NCBI GenBank assembly: GCA_043228905.1
Contig: JBHGNT010000020.1
Coordinates: forward strand, 8,432,001-8,496,000
DNA from: Azolla caroliniana
Lineage: Eukaryota; Plantae; Polypodiophyta
Length of the DNA: 64,000 nucleotides
Direction: 5' to 3'
In this document: positions 23,973-34,400 of the stretch, one piece after another
How positions within the stretch are numbered: position 1 is the stretch's first letter
Layout of the letters: each line of letters starts with the position of its first letter
Notes under the pieces: model-generated
The model's database searches: none
The model's input: only the letters and a program-made list of their open reading frames with translations
Told to the model about the DNA's origin: nothing
Made by a program: the position numbers and the translations under genes

Positions 23973-26366
23973 TGTTACCGGCCGGCAAGAAGTCCAAAAT
24001 ACGGAGTGAAGGAATTAATTAAGTATGGTTGTAAATAAGCATAGTATGGACGAACGGACTGGAAACGGTATGCCGTTCCAGATCCGGACGGATCCCGAAT
24101 AGGTGCGATAGGCACCGTTTTGTACTACGGACCGGAAACCTATTTAAAGGCCCGGAGCCCATTGTAATCGCAGCGGATAATTAATAGAGCGTAAGGTGTT
24201 TATACTTCTGTGTTGATTTCCGTTCTGTACTTACTGTTATATCTTACGCGTGTAATTAACAAAAGCGCTCTAATCGTGTAACCTACTTAAGTCGGTGTAA
24301 TCGTTGAGTCATAATCCTATGCCGTAATCACCCTTTGGTGAAGTGTCTCCGTGACACCTTGTGTTAGGCCTTGTCCGGTCAGAGAATAACACAGTTTTGG
24401 CGACCACGATTCCTGCTTTCTCGCAGCGAACGACGGCTTAATGGATGACTAGACCAACGCACGACCTGGTTACAGACCGAGCTCGACGCCTCGCCGAACG
24501 GCAAAGACGGCGTGAGACTTTCCAGCAAGCAGCGCACGAAATTCGCTCGGATCGTTCGTTCTCCAACGAGATCCGGAGAGTCGCGGAGGAATCTCTTCGG
24601 TTACAGCAAACTCGCGACCAGGACGACGGAAGCGGTCTAAGTAGTCTCCGGGAAACCGAACGCCTCCTCGAGGCGCTGGCAAGCGGAGAAAACGAGGCAG
24701 AAGCCTTTTCAGCCTACGAATCGGATTCCGAAGGGGGATACAGCGCGCACACGAACTACCGGAGTAGCAACGATACCCCCGGCGGCCCGGAGGACGACGG
24801 GTCGGATACCGTGCCAACTCCAGACCAGAACCGTTCGACCAGGGCTATCCGGAACCGCAAACGGAAGCCATCAACCCACCAACACCGGAAGTGGAAGAAG
24901 CAAAGCCACCGACACCAACGAAAGAGCCGGCGAAGGTACCGGAAGAAGAGCCGGTGAAAGAACCGAAAAAAGAACCGGAAGAGGAAAAAGCACCGGCAAA
25001 AGAACCGGAAGTGGAACCGGAGAGAAAACCGGAAAGCTATCAACAAACGCCACTAAACCGCGGCCTAATACTGGACGACGACATGCCGTTCCAATACTCA
25101 AAGTATCGCGATGATCCGGACGCGGAAGCGCATGTTCATGCCTTCGAGCAGACATGGGAAGCAAATCACGTGTCCCAGCGACTGACACCGGAGGAAGAAG
25201 AACGCTCGAAGATAGCGGAATTCGGGGTCACGTTGGAAGGACCAGCGGCACGATGGCGGCGGACGCAGGACCCGGCGACCATCACAACCTTTGCAGAATT
25301 AAAAGCAAAATTCTTGCATTTTTTCCACAAGGAGGTCGACCAGACGACAATGGTGGGCCTGTTTTATACGATCCGATAGGAGGCAGGGGAAAGCATTCCC
25401 CAATTCGTCATCCGTTTCCAACGAATGCATAGCCAGCTTGCCCGTGCACCCCCGGAGGAGGAATTACAGACGATATTTTTAAACGCACTCCGGGAACCGT
25501 TACGCACCAGGTCATTGACCGGGTCAAAGAAATGGAAAAGTCAAGCTCATGGCTTACACTGGGAGCACTGCAACGGGCGTTACCCACCGATGAAGATCTC
25601 CGGTTCCGGCAGGCAATTCAATGCACAATCTGCTTGAATGCCGGACACTCGGCAGTGGAGTGCACCATGCGAACCCAGTGTGTGATTTGTCAATCCAAGA
25701 GTCATACAACGGACTGGTGCGAGTATAACCTGCTAAACCGACAAGCACCACCCGTCCGACGGATCGAGCCAAGAAGCAGCCGAGACGAAGATGAAGATCG
25801 TTGGCAAAGAATGAACCGGTACCGACCGGCACAGGATGTCCGGTACGGAGACAAACAAGAGAATGATGGCCGGTACGGGGATCGGCATGATAACTACGAC
25901 CGGTATGAGCAATCGGACCGTTATTGTCAGGAATAGTACTAAAACAGAGATGGAATTAGTACTAAGAAGAGTAGTACTATTAGTACTAAGAGGACGGGAC
26001 TGCGTAAGATTCCCGAGAGAGAGAAAGTGAGAAGAGGAGAGAGAGAGAGGGAAATAGGATGATGACAACAGCTCTTATATTATATGAAAGATAAGTACAA
26101 ATCGACTAAGAGGCTTAAGACTGGTGTTGAACCAATTTGGTTCAACATAATGCTTAGTGCCTTCTTTTATAGTGTTCTCAGGAATAATCCTGAAGCTTCT
26201 AGAATGTTCCAGAGAAATCTGGAATATACATTACTTTCTTATAATAAAACATAAATGAAAATAATATTCTATGAATTACAATAGATGGTGAGATGGTTAA
26301 GAGCTCGACCCATATACCATAAGGTCATGGGTTCGAGTCTTGCCATCTCATGACACTATCTCCCCC

Positions 26367-29300
26367 TTAAAGACGACGAGTGGAACGAGTCAGCGCTACT
26401 TGCGGACCGGGTTTGTCCGGATACTTTCGGTGGAAATCAGCAAGAAGATCTTGTGCATTGGCAACATTCTCGACGGGTTCCCAAGTACGTTCGCTCGGAC
26501 TATAACCGAGCCAATCGACCAAGTAATAGAGTTTGTTGCGAACAAGTTTGGAATCGAGGATGGCAGCAACTTCATACTCCGGGCCGGCGTCCAACTCCAG
26601 TGGGGGTGGCGGTGGTGTCACACGATCGGGAATGGTGTTTGCCTTATAAGGTTCAAGAAGAGAACAATGAAAAACCGGATGTATCTGAAGCTGCGGAGGG
26701 AGATCAAGGCGGAAGGTGACATCATTAATCTTCCCCGTAATACGGAAAGGACCGAGTCGTCGATAATCCAACTTGTCGCACGGTCGAGTAGTCTTGATGT
26801 GACGACGCAAGAGCCATACTCGATCTCCGATGGCAAAAGAGGAGGGAATCCGATGACGATCCGCATAAGTCTTCTGTGTGTGTTGAGCATGACGAAGGTG
26901 AGTAGAGAGATCCATCTGGATCTTGCGTAGCCTCTCCAAATGATCCTCGGCACGAGGGTTGGTAGGTAGCTCCGGAGTGTCGATCACCGACCAGCGAGGA
27001 TGGAAACCGGTATAAGCAAAAAATGGGGAGACCCGAGTCGAGGAGTGAATAGTATTATTATACGCAAACTCCGCAAAGTGGAGAATCTCGGCCCAATCGT
27101 CCTGTTGATAACTCAGGAAACACCGGAGATATTGCTCCAGCGTTTGGTTTGTTCGTTCCGCCTGTCCGTCGGTTTGAGGATGGTAGCCGGAGGAGAGGTT
27201 GCAGGAGACCTTGAGCATCTTGAAGAGATGCTGCCAAAATTTGGAGACAAATTGCGGGCCTCGGTCACTGATAATACTGTCTGGGAGGCCATGATGCCGA
27301 AAAACCTCACGCATAACAAGAGCGGCGGTTTCCTCGCTAGTGATGGCTTTAGTACATGGCACAAAATGTGCCATCTTCGTATATCGATCGACGACGGTTA
27401 GGATAGCATCGAACCCTTTCGAGACCGGCAGATCTGTGATAAAATCAAGACAAATAGACTGCCATGGCTTACTTGGAATTGGTAAAGGTTCCAACAAGCC
27501 ATATGGATGGTGTCGTGGCATCTTTGCTCGGCAGCAAGCATCACAGGTCCGAACGTAGTCGTCGACAAAACGGCGCATGTGGGGCCACCAAAAAGATCGC
27601 TGCACTAGCTCCAACGTCTTAGTACTACCGAAATGTCCCGCCGTATGGGTGTCGTGACAATGTTGGACAATTTGAAGGCGACAGGAGCAATCGGGGACAT
27701 ATACGCGCTTTTTAAAGAATAACAAACCATCATGATATTCGAATTGTCGGTAGTCAATACCTGGTTGTTGAGACTGAGAACAGGATGCCCGAGAAGTATC
27801 AATGTGCGCCAGGATGTCTTGAGCAAAACTATCCGTCTTCAAGGTTGCACGTATGTCATCGGTAATCCGTGAATCCATCGGGGTGTGAAAAATCCGCGTC
27901 GTGTGCAATCGTGTTGGTCCCAAGATTACTTGCTTTTGATTATCAAATGTTGCTTCACCAGGACGAGGTGCAAGATATGAACGTCGTGATAGTGCATCTG
28001 CTTTTCCTTGCTGCTTCCCCGGTCGATATGTGATTTTGAAGTCGAAACGCGTGAGGAATTGCGCCCACCGAGCTTGCCGTCGATTTAGTACGCGAGCGTT
28101 CTGAAAATAAGCAAGATTTTTATGATCGCTGAAGACAATGACCTGATGTGGAGAGCCCTCTAAGAAATGCCGCCATTGTACAAATGAATCCACGATGGCT
28201 AATAACTCCTTGTCATGTATTTCGTAGTTGATTTCTGCGACATCGAATTTGCGCGAATGGAAAGCCACCGGATGCAACTCTTCTTTATCACCTTGTTGAG
28301 AAAGGATGCTACCGAGGGCGAAATCTGATGCGTCGGCCTCCATGATGAATGGTTTGCTTGTGTCCACATGAGCTAGAATCGGTGCTGATGTAAAGGCTTT
28401 CTTAAGATGCCGAAAAGGCATATCTGCTTCAATGGACCAAAGAAATGGTTGGCCCTTCTTCGTAAGTTGTGTGAGAGGTAAAATAATCTTCGAGTAATCC
28501 TGTATAAACTTACGGTAGAAGTTAGCAAAACCTAGAAAACATTGTACATCTCGTACCGACCGTGGAATTTGCCACTCTAGTACAGTTTGGATCTTAGCTG
28601 GATCCATGGCGATGCCCTTTGAGGAGATGACGTAGCCTAGAAATTCCACTTGCTTGCAGTCAAAGCTACATTTTTCTAGCTTGGCATAAAGACCATTCTC
28701 GCGGAGTCGCTTTAGTACTAATAGTACATGAGAGTCGTGCTCTTCCTGGGTCTTCGAATAAATCAACAGATCATCCAGATAAATGATCAAACAGATATCC
28801 AAGAGGTCTCTGAATATATCATTTGCCATGTGTTGGAAGACTACGGGTGCATTGGTTAGGCCAAACGGCATAACAGTATACTCAAAATGCCCATACCGCG
28901 TGCGAAAAGCGGTCTTCCACTCATCTCCCGGTCGGATCCGCACGAGATTATACGCTCCGCGTAGGTCGATTTTAGTAAAAAACTTGGCACCATTAACTCG
29001 CTCTAAAAGACTTGATATAAGAGGAAGTGCATACCTATTCCGGATGGTGACTTTATTTAATCCGCGGTAATCAACGACAAGACGAAGTGAGCCATCTTTC
29101 TTCTTGACAAAGAAGATGGGTGCACCGGCCGGAGATTTCGAATGACGGATGAACCCGCTTGCCAAGTTCTCCTCTATGTAGGCTCGAAGGACTTCTAACT
29201 CGGTGGGTGACAGGTTGTAAATTGGTCCCCATGGTGGCTCGGTTCCTGGTTGTAAATCGATGGGACAGTCATAGGGACGGTGATGAGGAAGGGTACCGGC

Positions 29301-29939
29301 TTTTACCTTGTCAAATACATCGGCATAAGGATGATATTTTGCCGGAAGTTGTACTGAGGAGTCCTTCTTAATAGTGCTGGAAGGATGTACTGATATGGAA
29401 AATAGGAACATTGCCTCCTTGGGTCCTTCTTCGCGTAGTTGATGGAGTGAAATGGTCGAAACTCGGCGAGTTGATTCTTGGGGTGGTCGATATCGGACTT
29501 CTCTTGTTCTCCAATCTATGGCTGGATTATGTAACTCAAGCCAAGGTAATCCTAGGACAATGGGATGCTCTGGACTACTAATTATATTAAATGATATTAT
29601 ACACACAAAACTACCTAGGACAACTTGAATGGGTTCTGATTCTTCTACAATATTCCCGGAAGCAATGGGACGACCATCAATGACCACTACAGATGCGGGA
29701 CAAGGAAGTTTTCTTAAGGATATCTGAGAAGCTTGGGCAAAATTTCGATCCATGAAACAGGAATTAGCTCCGGAATCTAAGAGTGCTAGGACGGGTACTG
29801 GGGGAGTACTTTTAGTACTAACAATGACTTGGGCTAGGAACACATTGCTAACTTGCTTGGAAGGAATGGAACCACTAATGGGCTGTACAGATCTAGGGCT
29901 GCTGTCCAACCAAATGGCTCCTATTTTGGCTGGACTCAA
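26367..29939 (-). CDS. pol: Pol of H (PR-RT-RNaseH-IN-chromodomain), probably reached by -1 frameshift
   Basis: LLDSGA, YLDD, EADASD, HHCC/GPF integrase, chromodomain YEVAAILDSK..YYLVDWLGY..TWEP; uninterrupted 1190 codons. Confidence 0.93.
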   Translation of the reverse strand: MSPAKIGAIWLDSSPRSVQPISGSIPSKQVSNVFLAQVIVSTKSTPPVPVLALLDSGANSCFMDRNFAQASQISLRKLPCPASVVVIDGRPIASGNIVEESEPIQVVLGSFVCIISFNIISSPEHPIVLGLPWLELHNPAIDWRTREVRYRPPQESTRRVSTISLHQLREEGPKEAMFLFSISVHPSSTIKKDSSVQLPAKYHPYADVFDKVKAGTLPHHRPYDCPIDLQPGTEPPWGPIYNLSPTELEVLRAYIEENLASGFIRHSKSPAGAPIFFVKKKDGSLRLVVDYRGLNKVTIRNRYALPLISSLLERVNGAKFFTKIDLRGAYNLVRIRPGDEWKTAFRTRYGHFEYTVMPFGLTNAPVVFQHMANDIFRDLLDICLIIYLDDLLIYSKTQEEHDSHVLLVLKRLRENGLYAKLEKCSFDCKQVEFLGYVISSKGIAMDPAKIQTVLEWQIPRSVRDVQCFLGFANFYRKFIQDYSKIILPLTQLTKKGQPFLWSIEADMPFRHLKKAFTSAPILAHVDTSKPFIMEADASDFALGSILSQQGDKEELHPVAFHSRKFDVAEINYEIHDKELLAIVDSFVQWRHFLEGSPHQVIVFSDHKNLAYFQNARVLNRRQARWAQFLTRFDFKITYRPGKQQGKADALSRRSYLAPRPGEATFDNQKQVILGPTRLHTTRIFHTPMDSRITDDIRATLKTDSFAQDILAHIDTSRASCSQSQQPGIDYRQFEYHDGLLFFKKRVYVPDCSCRLQIVQHCHDTHTAGHFGSTKTLELVQRSFWWPHMRRFVDDYVRTCDACCRAKMPRHHPYGLLEPLPIPSKPWQSICLDFITDLPVSKGFDAILTVVDRYTKMAHFVPCTKAITSEETAALVMREVFRHHGLPDSIISDRGPQFVSKFWQHLFKMLKVSCNLSSGYHPQTDGQAERTNQTLEQYLRCFLSYQQDDWAEILHFAEFAYNNTIHSSTRVSPFFAYTGFHPRWSVIDTPELPTNPRAEDHLERLRKIQMDLSTHLRHAQHTQKTYADRHRIPSSFAIGDRVWLLRRHIKTTRPCDKLDYRRLGPFRITGKINDVTFRLDLPPQLQIHPVFHCSLLEPYKANTIPDRVTPPPPPLELDAGPEYEVAAILDSKLVRNKLYYLVDWLGYSPSERTWEPVENVANAQDLLADFHRKYPDKPGPQVALTRSTRRL

Positions 29940-29948
29940 TCGTTTAAC
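29904..29948 (-). promoter_or_regulatory. Putative -1 ribosomal frameshift signal (G_UUA_AAC plus 11-bp stem or pseudoknot)
   Basis: Heptamer lies in the only gag/pol overlap window; 6-nt spacer; GUCCAGCCAAA/UUUGGUUGGAC stem. Confidence 0.75.
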
Positions 29949-31093
29949 TCTTCATCTAATTGACTAAGGATTTCAAATTTATTTGAGATACTTGGGCTAT
30001 TAGTACTATGAATACTATCTGACACTCTATTAGTACTATTACTACTATCAGACACTCCGAAGGGAAGAATTGACTCAGGTTTAGTACAGGCGACAATTTG
30101 ATTTACCTGTCTTCTTGGCCTATGGGGACAATTGATGGCGATATGTCCTGGTCCACCGCAATAAAGGCATAATCGATTGGCACGTCGTCGTTGCTTTTCT
30201 TCCTCCGATAACGGGCCGCGTCGACGCATGGTATCGATCTCCATCGGTGTCGAAGTATTTGCTTGAGGTATGTCTCGTGCAAACGGTTTAGCCGCGACTG
30301 CGGCGTAAGTGGGCTCTGGCCTAGAGCGTGGTATCTGTAATTGACGTTCTGAACGCCGTTCAAAAAGGCGGTTGTCACATCGAACTGCTCGACTGATTGC
30401 CTCCGTAAGAGACTTTGGTTCTTCGGGGAAAGTTAGAAGTAGATCTTTGACATCGTTTCGCAAGCCATAGCGAAACTGCTCCATTAGTGCTTGATCATCC
30501 CAGGGTATATCTGAAGCAAGTAGGCGGAAATCCGCCGCGTAGGCAGAGGCTGGACGATCGCCTTGACGCAATCGCCGGATCTTGTTGATCGCCGTCCTGA
30601 TGCTGTCGGTGTCTCCAAAGCAGGCTTTAAACTCACCAATAAAATCTTCAAAGTTATTAAGCAAGGGCGATTGTTTTTCTAGAAGCGGAGCGAACCATGC
30701 CAAGGCTGAGCCGCTAAGTAGCGTGCCTATTAGGCCGACTCGAGATGCATCAGTGGGATATCGGGTAGGATGCATCTGGATGACTAAGCGTACCTGATTA
30801 AGGAATCCCCGAAATTGCGAACGCGTTCCATCAAATTTCACAGGAAGTCCAATCTTGGGCTCTTTATGAAATCCTTGGGGACTGGATCCTTGTTGTTGCA
30901 ACGCTGCTTCGAGTTGTTGTACCCGTAACGCTAACTCCCCATGTTGTTGTTGCGTTTGTTGTTTTTCTAGAGCGATTTGTTGCAGATCCCCTATCAGCCG
31001 TTGGTTTTCTTGTTCCAAGGCAACAAACTTTTCTTTTAGGCACTGTAGCTCGGAGAAAACGGATTGGTATTCTTGGGCGCTAACAGTAGCCAT
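29936..31093 (-). CDS. gag: Gag of H
   Basis: PVKFDGTR, LSGSALAWF, LRQG, PMEID, CLYCGGPGHIAINC. Confidence 0.93.
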   Translation of the reverse strand: MATVSAQEYQSVFSELQCLKEKFVALEQENQRLIGDLQQIALEKQQTQQQHGELALRVQQLEAALQQQGSSPQGFHKEPKIGLPVKFDGTRSQFRGFLNQVRLVIQMHPTRYPTDASRVGLIGTLLSGSALAWFAPLLEKQSPLLNNFEDFIGEFKACFGDTDSIRTAINKIRRLRQGDRPASAYAADFRLLASDIPWDDQALMEQFRYGLRNDVKDLLLTFPEEPKSLTEAISRAVRCDNRLFERRSERQLQIPRSRPEPTYAAVAAKPFARDIPQANTSTPMEIDTMRRRGPLSEEEKQRRRANRLCLYCGGPGHIAINCPHRPRRQVNQIVACTKPESILPFGVSDSSNSTNRVSDSIHSTNSPSISNKFEILSQLDEELND

Positions 31094-31145
31094 AGTATAG
31101 GGGAAAGGGTAGGAAGATGAGGGAGAGTGACAAGTAGGCTAGAGG

Positions 31146-31160
31146 ACCAAATTGGTTCAA
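31146..31160 (-). promoter_or_regulatory. Self-priming PBS of H
   Basis: ttgaaccaatttggt sits 2 nt after the 5' LTR and is the exact complement of LTR 31379-31365, 30 nt downstream of TATAAAA. Confidence 0.8.
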
Positions 31161-31402
31161 ACTGTCAGGAATAGTACTAAAACAGAGATGGAATTAGTAC
31201 TAAGAAGAGTAGTACTATTAGTACTAAGAGGACGGGACTGCGTAAGATTCCCGAGAGAGAGAAAGTGAGAAGAGGAGAGAGAGAGAGGGAAATAGGATGA
31301 TGACAACAGCTCTTATATTATATGAAAGATAAGTACAAATCGACTAAGAGGCTTAAGACTGGTGTTGAACCAATTTGGTTCAACATAATGCTTAGTGCCT
31401 TC

Positions 31403-31447
31403 TTTTATAGTGTTCTCAGGAATAATCCTGAAGCTTCTAGAATGTTC
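31403..31447 (-). promoter_or_regulatory. TATA box (31403-31409) and heat-shock element (31430-31447) in the H LTR; copies at 26165-26209 and ~60526-60570
   Basis: GAAgcTTCtaGAAtgTTC about 20 nt upstream of TATAAAA. Confidence 0.7.
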
Positions 31448-34400
31448 CAGAGAAATCTGGAATATACATTACTTTCTTATAATAAAACATAAATGAAAAT
31501 AATATTCTATGAATTACAATAGATGGTGAGATGGTTAAGAGCTCGACCCATATACCATAAGGTCATGGGTTCGAGTCTTGCCATCTCATGACAGTTATCG
31601 GGAGTCCAACAGACGACACGAGCAATACGACAGAGACCATTCCCCTGGTTACCGAAGGCACCAGGAGGACTACGGCCGATTTTACGATCCACCACGACAT
31701 GACTACCGAAATAAAAATAAGAATAATAAGAAACGTAATTTCAAGAAAGGTGGTCACCCTAGGGACCCGGAACATGGAACCCCAAGGAGCCAACCGGCAC
31801 AGAACGCACCACTCACTACGGGACCGACTCCGGCTACCAGCAATGCTGGATCCAGCAATACCCGTAAAGAGTACTGCTACTACTGCAGGCAGGAAGGCCA
31901 CTACAGTAACCAGTGCCCGGCAAAGAGCTACGATAAACGACCAGCAGTTAATATGGTGGTTCCGGAAGTGGCGGATGTACAGCAAGTAACCACACGGTCG
32001 AAAGGCATGGCCAAAGAGTGGGAAACACAAGAGGCCATACGAAAACAGGCGACGGAATGGGTGAAGGAAGCCAATGAAAGGAACGTCACGAACGCGGAAC
32101 GGCAAAAGGCGAATACCATAGTGAGTGCCGGCGGTAGCCACGCAGAAAATGAGACATGGCAAGCACTGCAAGAATGTCAGATCACGTTGCCATTAGGAAG
32201 ACTCTTGCAGCTCGTGCCGCGATTTACGGAAGGACTAAAAACGGTCATGACAGACGGTATAGCCCCACCGGCACCAGTCCTCTTCTCGAATCCGGAGGAG
32301 GGACCGACGGTGGTGGACACTAGTAGTCCGGTGATTACAGCTATTGTCAAAGGGCACGAACTTCCCGGCACAGTAATCGATGGAGGTTCCGGGGTGAACG
32401 TAATAAGTCTCCGCACGTGTGATGCCTTGGGTATACATGAATGGTAGCCATGTCCGTTCTGGCTACGGATGGCGGATACGAGCTCTGTACGGCCGACGGG
32501 CTTAATACGGAAATTGGAGGTCACCATAGGAGGTCACACATTTCACATCTCGGCTGTAGTGCTGCAGCTACAGGCGCAAGGCTCGTACCCACTATTGCTG
32601 GGCAGACCATGGTTGAAAACAGCAGACATCAAGCAAAATTGGCGGAAAAATATGATTACCTTCCGGCGCGGAAAAGCCAAGGTCAGGGTACCGACACAAC
32701 CACGGACGAGCAACGGTAAGGAATGCACACCGCTGTATGCGGAATGCGTGAACATGCTTGAAGGGTTGGCAGACGACGAAGAAGCCCAGTACTTGGAGGA
32801 ACACCCGAAGATCGTACCACTCTTCGAGATTGACGTAGCTGAAGCCGTAGCGCCATACTTGCCGCAGCGGGACGAAACCGAAGCCGAACTAGACAAAGAT
32901 TCGATTCGGGAATTACGGCAAGCACAGGAAGCGTTGGAACGGGAAATGGCCGTTTCCCAACAGGTAAAAACATCCCAGCTCGACGAAGTGAACCTAGGAA
33001 GCAAGGACGAATCAAAGCCGGTACACATCGCCAAAGAAATGAAGCCGGAAGATAAAGCGGCGATGATCAAACTTCTCACGGAGTTTCGCGACATATTCGC
33101 CTGGTCATACGAAGACATGCGAGGGCTGGACCCTCAATTATATCAACATCAGATCCACTTAGGCAAGGACGCGAAACCAGTGGCGCAAAGACGTTACCGA
33201 ATGAACCCCAACTACGCCGCCAAAGTGAAGGAGGAAATCGACAAACTCCAAAGAGTGGGCTTCATCCGGCCGGTAAAGAAAGCGACGTGGCTGAGCCCCA
33301 TCGTCGTCGTCCCAAAGAAGAACGGTAAAATCCGCGTGTGTGTAGATTACAGGAAACTAAATGCAGCCACAATTACGGATGCATTCCCTCTTCCGTTCAC
33401 GGATGGAGTACTGGATGTCGTCGCCGGCCATGAAGTTTATAGCTTTTTAGATGGGTTCAGCGGATACAATCAAATCCAGATGCACCTTGACGACCAGGAG
33501 AAGACAACGTTCGTCACCGAATGGGGGGTGTTTGTGGCCGTAGTAATGATGTTCGGACTAAAAATGACGCCAGCAACTTTCCAGCGAATCATCATGGAGA
33601 TCTTCGGCGAATACATTCCAGCCTTCATGCATGTTTTCCTGGATGACTTTGCAGTCTATAGCCGGGAAAAAGACCATTTGCAGCACCTACGGTTATGCCT
33701 TGAAAAGTGTAGGTTATACCGGCTAAGCTTAAACCCAGCAAAATGCATCTTTGGGGTTTCAAGTGGAATATTACTGGGACACATTGTAAGTAAGGAGGGC
33801 ATTGCGGTCGACCCGGACAACGTAAACGCGATACTAGGGGCACCGGCGCCGAAAACGGCCAAAGCACTAAGCCGATTCTTAGGACAGATCCGGTGGCACA
33901 GCCGGATGCTCCGTCACTTGGCTGACTTGGCTACACCATTACACACCGCGGTACATCGGACACCGTTCCAATGGACGGATACGGAGGATAAGGCATACAA
34001 TGCCCTGAAGGTACTTTTGTCGCAAGCACCCGTCGTGCAGCCTCCGGATTGGAGCAAGGAATTTCATGTGTTCGTTGACGCTTCCGACATCGCTATCGGC
34101 AGCGCCTTAATGCAACTTACGGAGCCCAAATGGTACCGGCCGGTATATTACGCCAGCCGGAAGCTGTCCCAAGCGGAGAAGAACTATTCGACTACGGAAT
34201 GGGAGGCCCTGGGCATGATCTACAGTGTCACAAAGTTTCGTCATTACCTATTGGGAAGGAAGTTCTCCTTTCATGTGGATCACTCGGCGCTCCTGTACTT
34301 AGTGTCCAAGGCGTCCCTGACCGGTAAGTTGGCCCGTTGGACCTTGCTGTTGCAGGAGTTCGAATTCGAGATCTTCCACCGGCCCGGTATCCAGCATGCC

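Larger units (their letters stand above)
25925..31593 (-). mobile_element. Intact young Tcn1-like chromovirus H
   Basis: 431-bp LTRs 25925-26355 and 31163-31593, apparently identical; TSD GTTAT at 25920-25924 and 31594-31598; PPT aagggggagatag (26356-26368); no tRNA PBS. Confidence 0.96.

Noticed and set aside
26282-26355. Functional tRNA gene
   Set aside because: No complete cloverleaf (weak T, anticodon and acceptor stems), and it is an integral part of an LTR.
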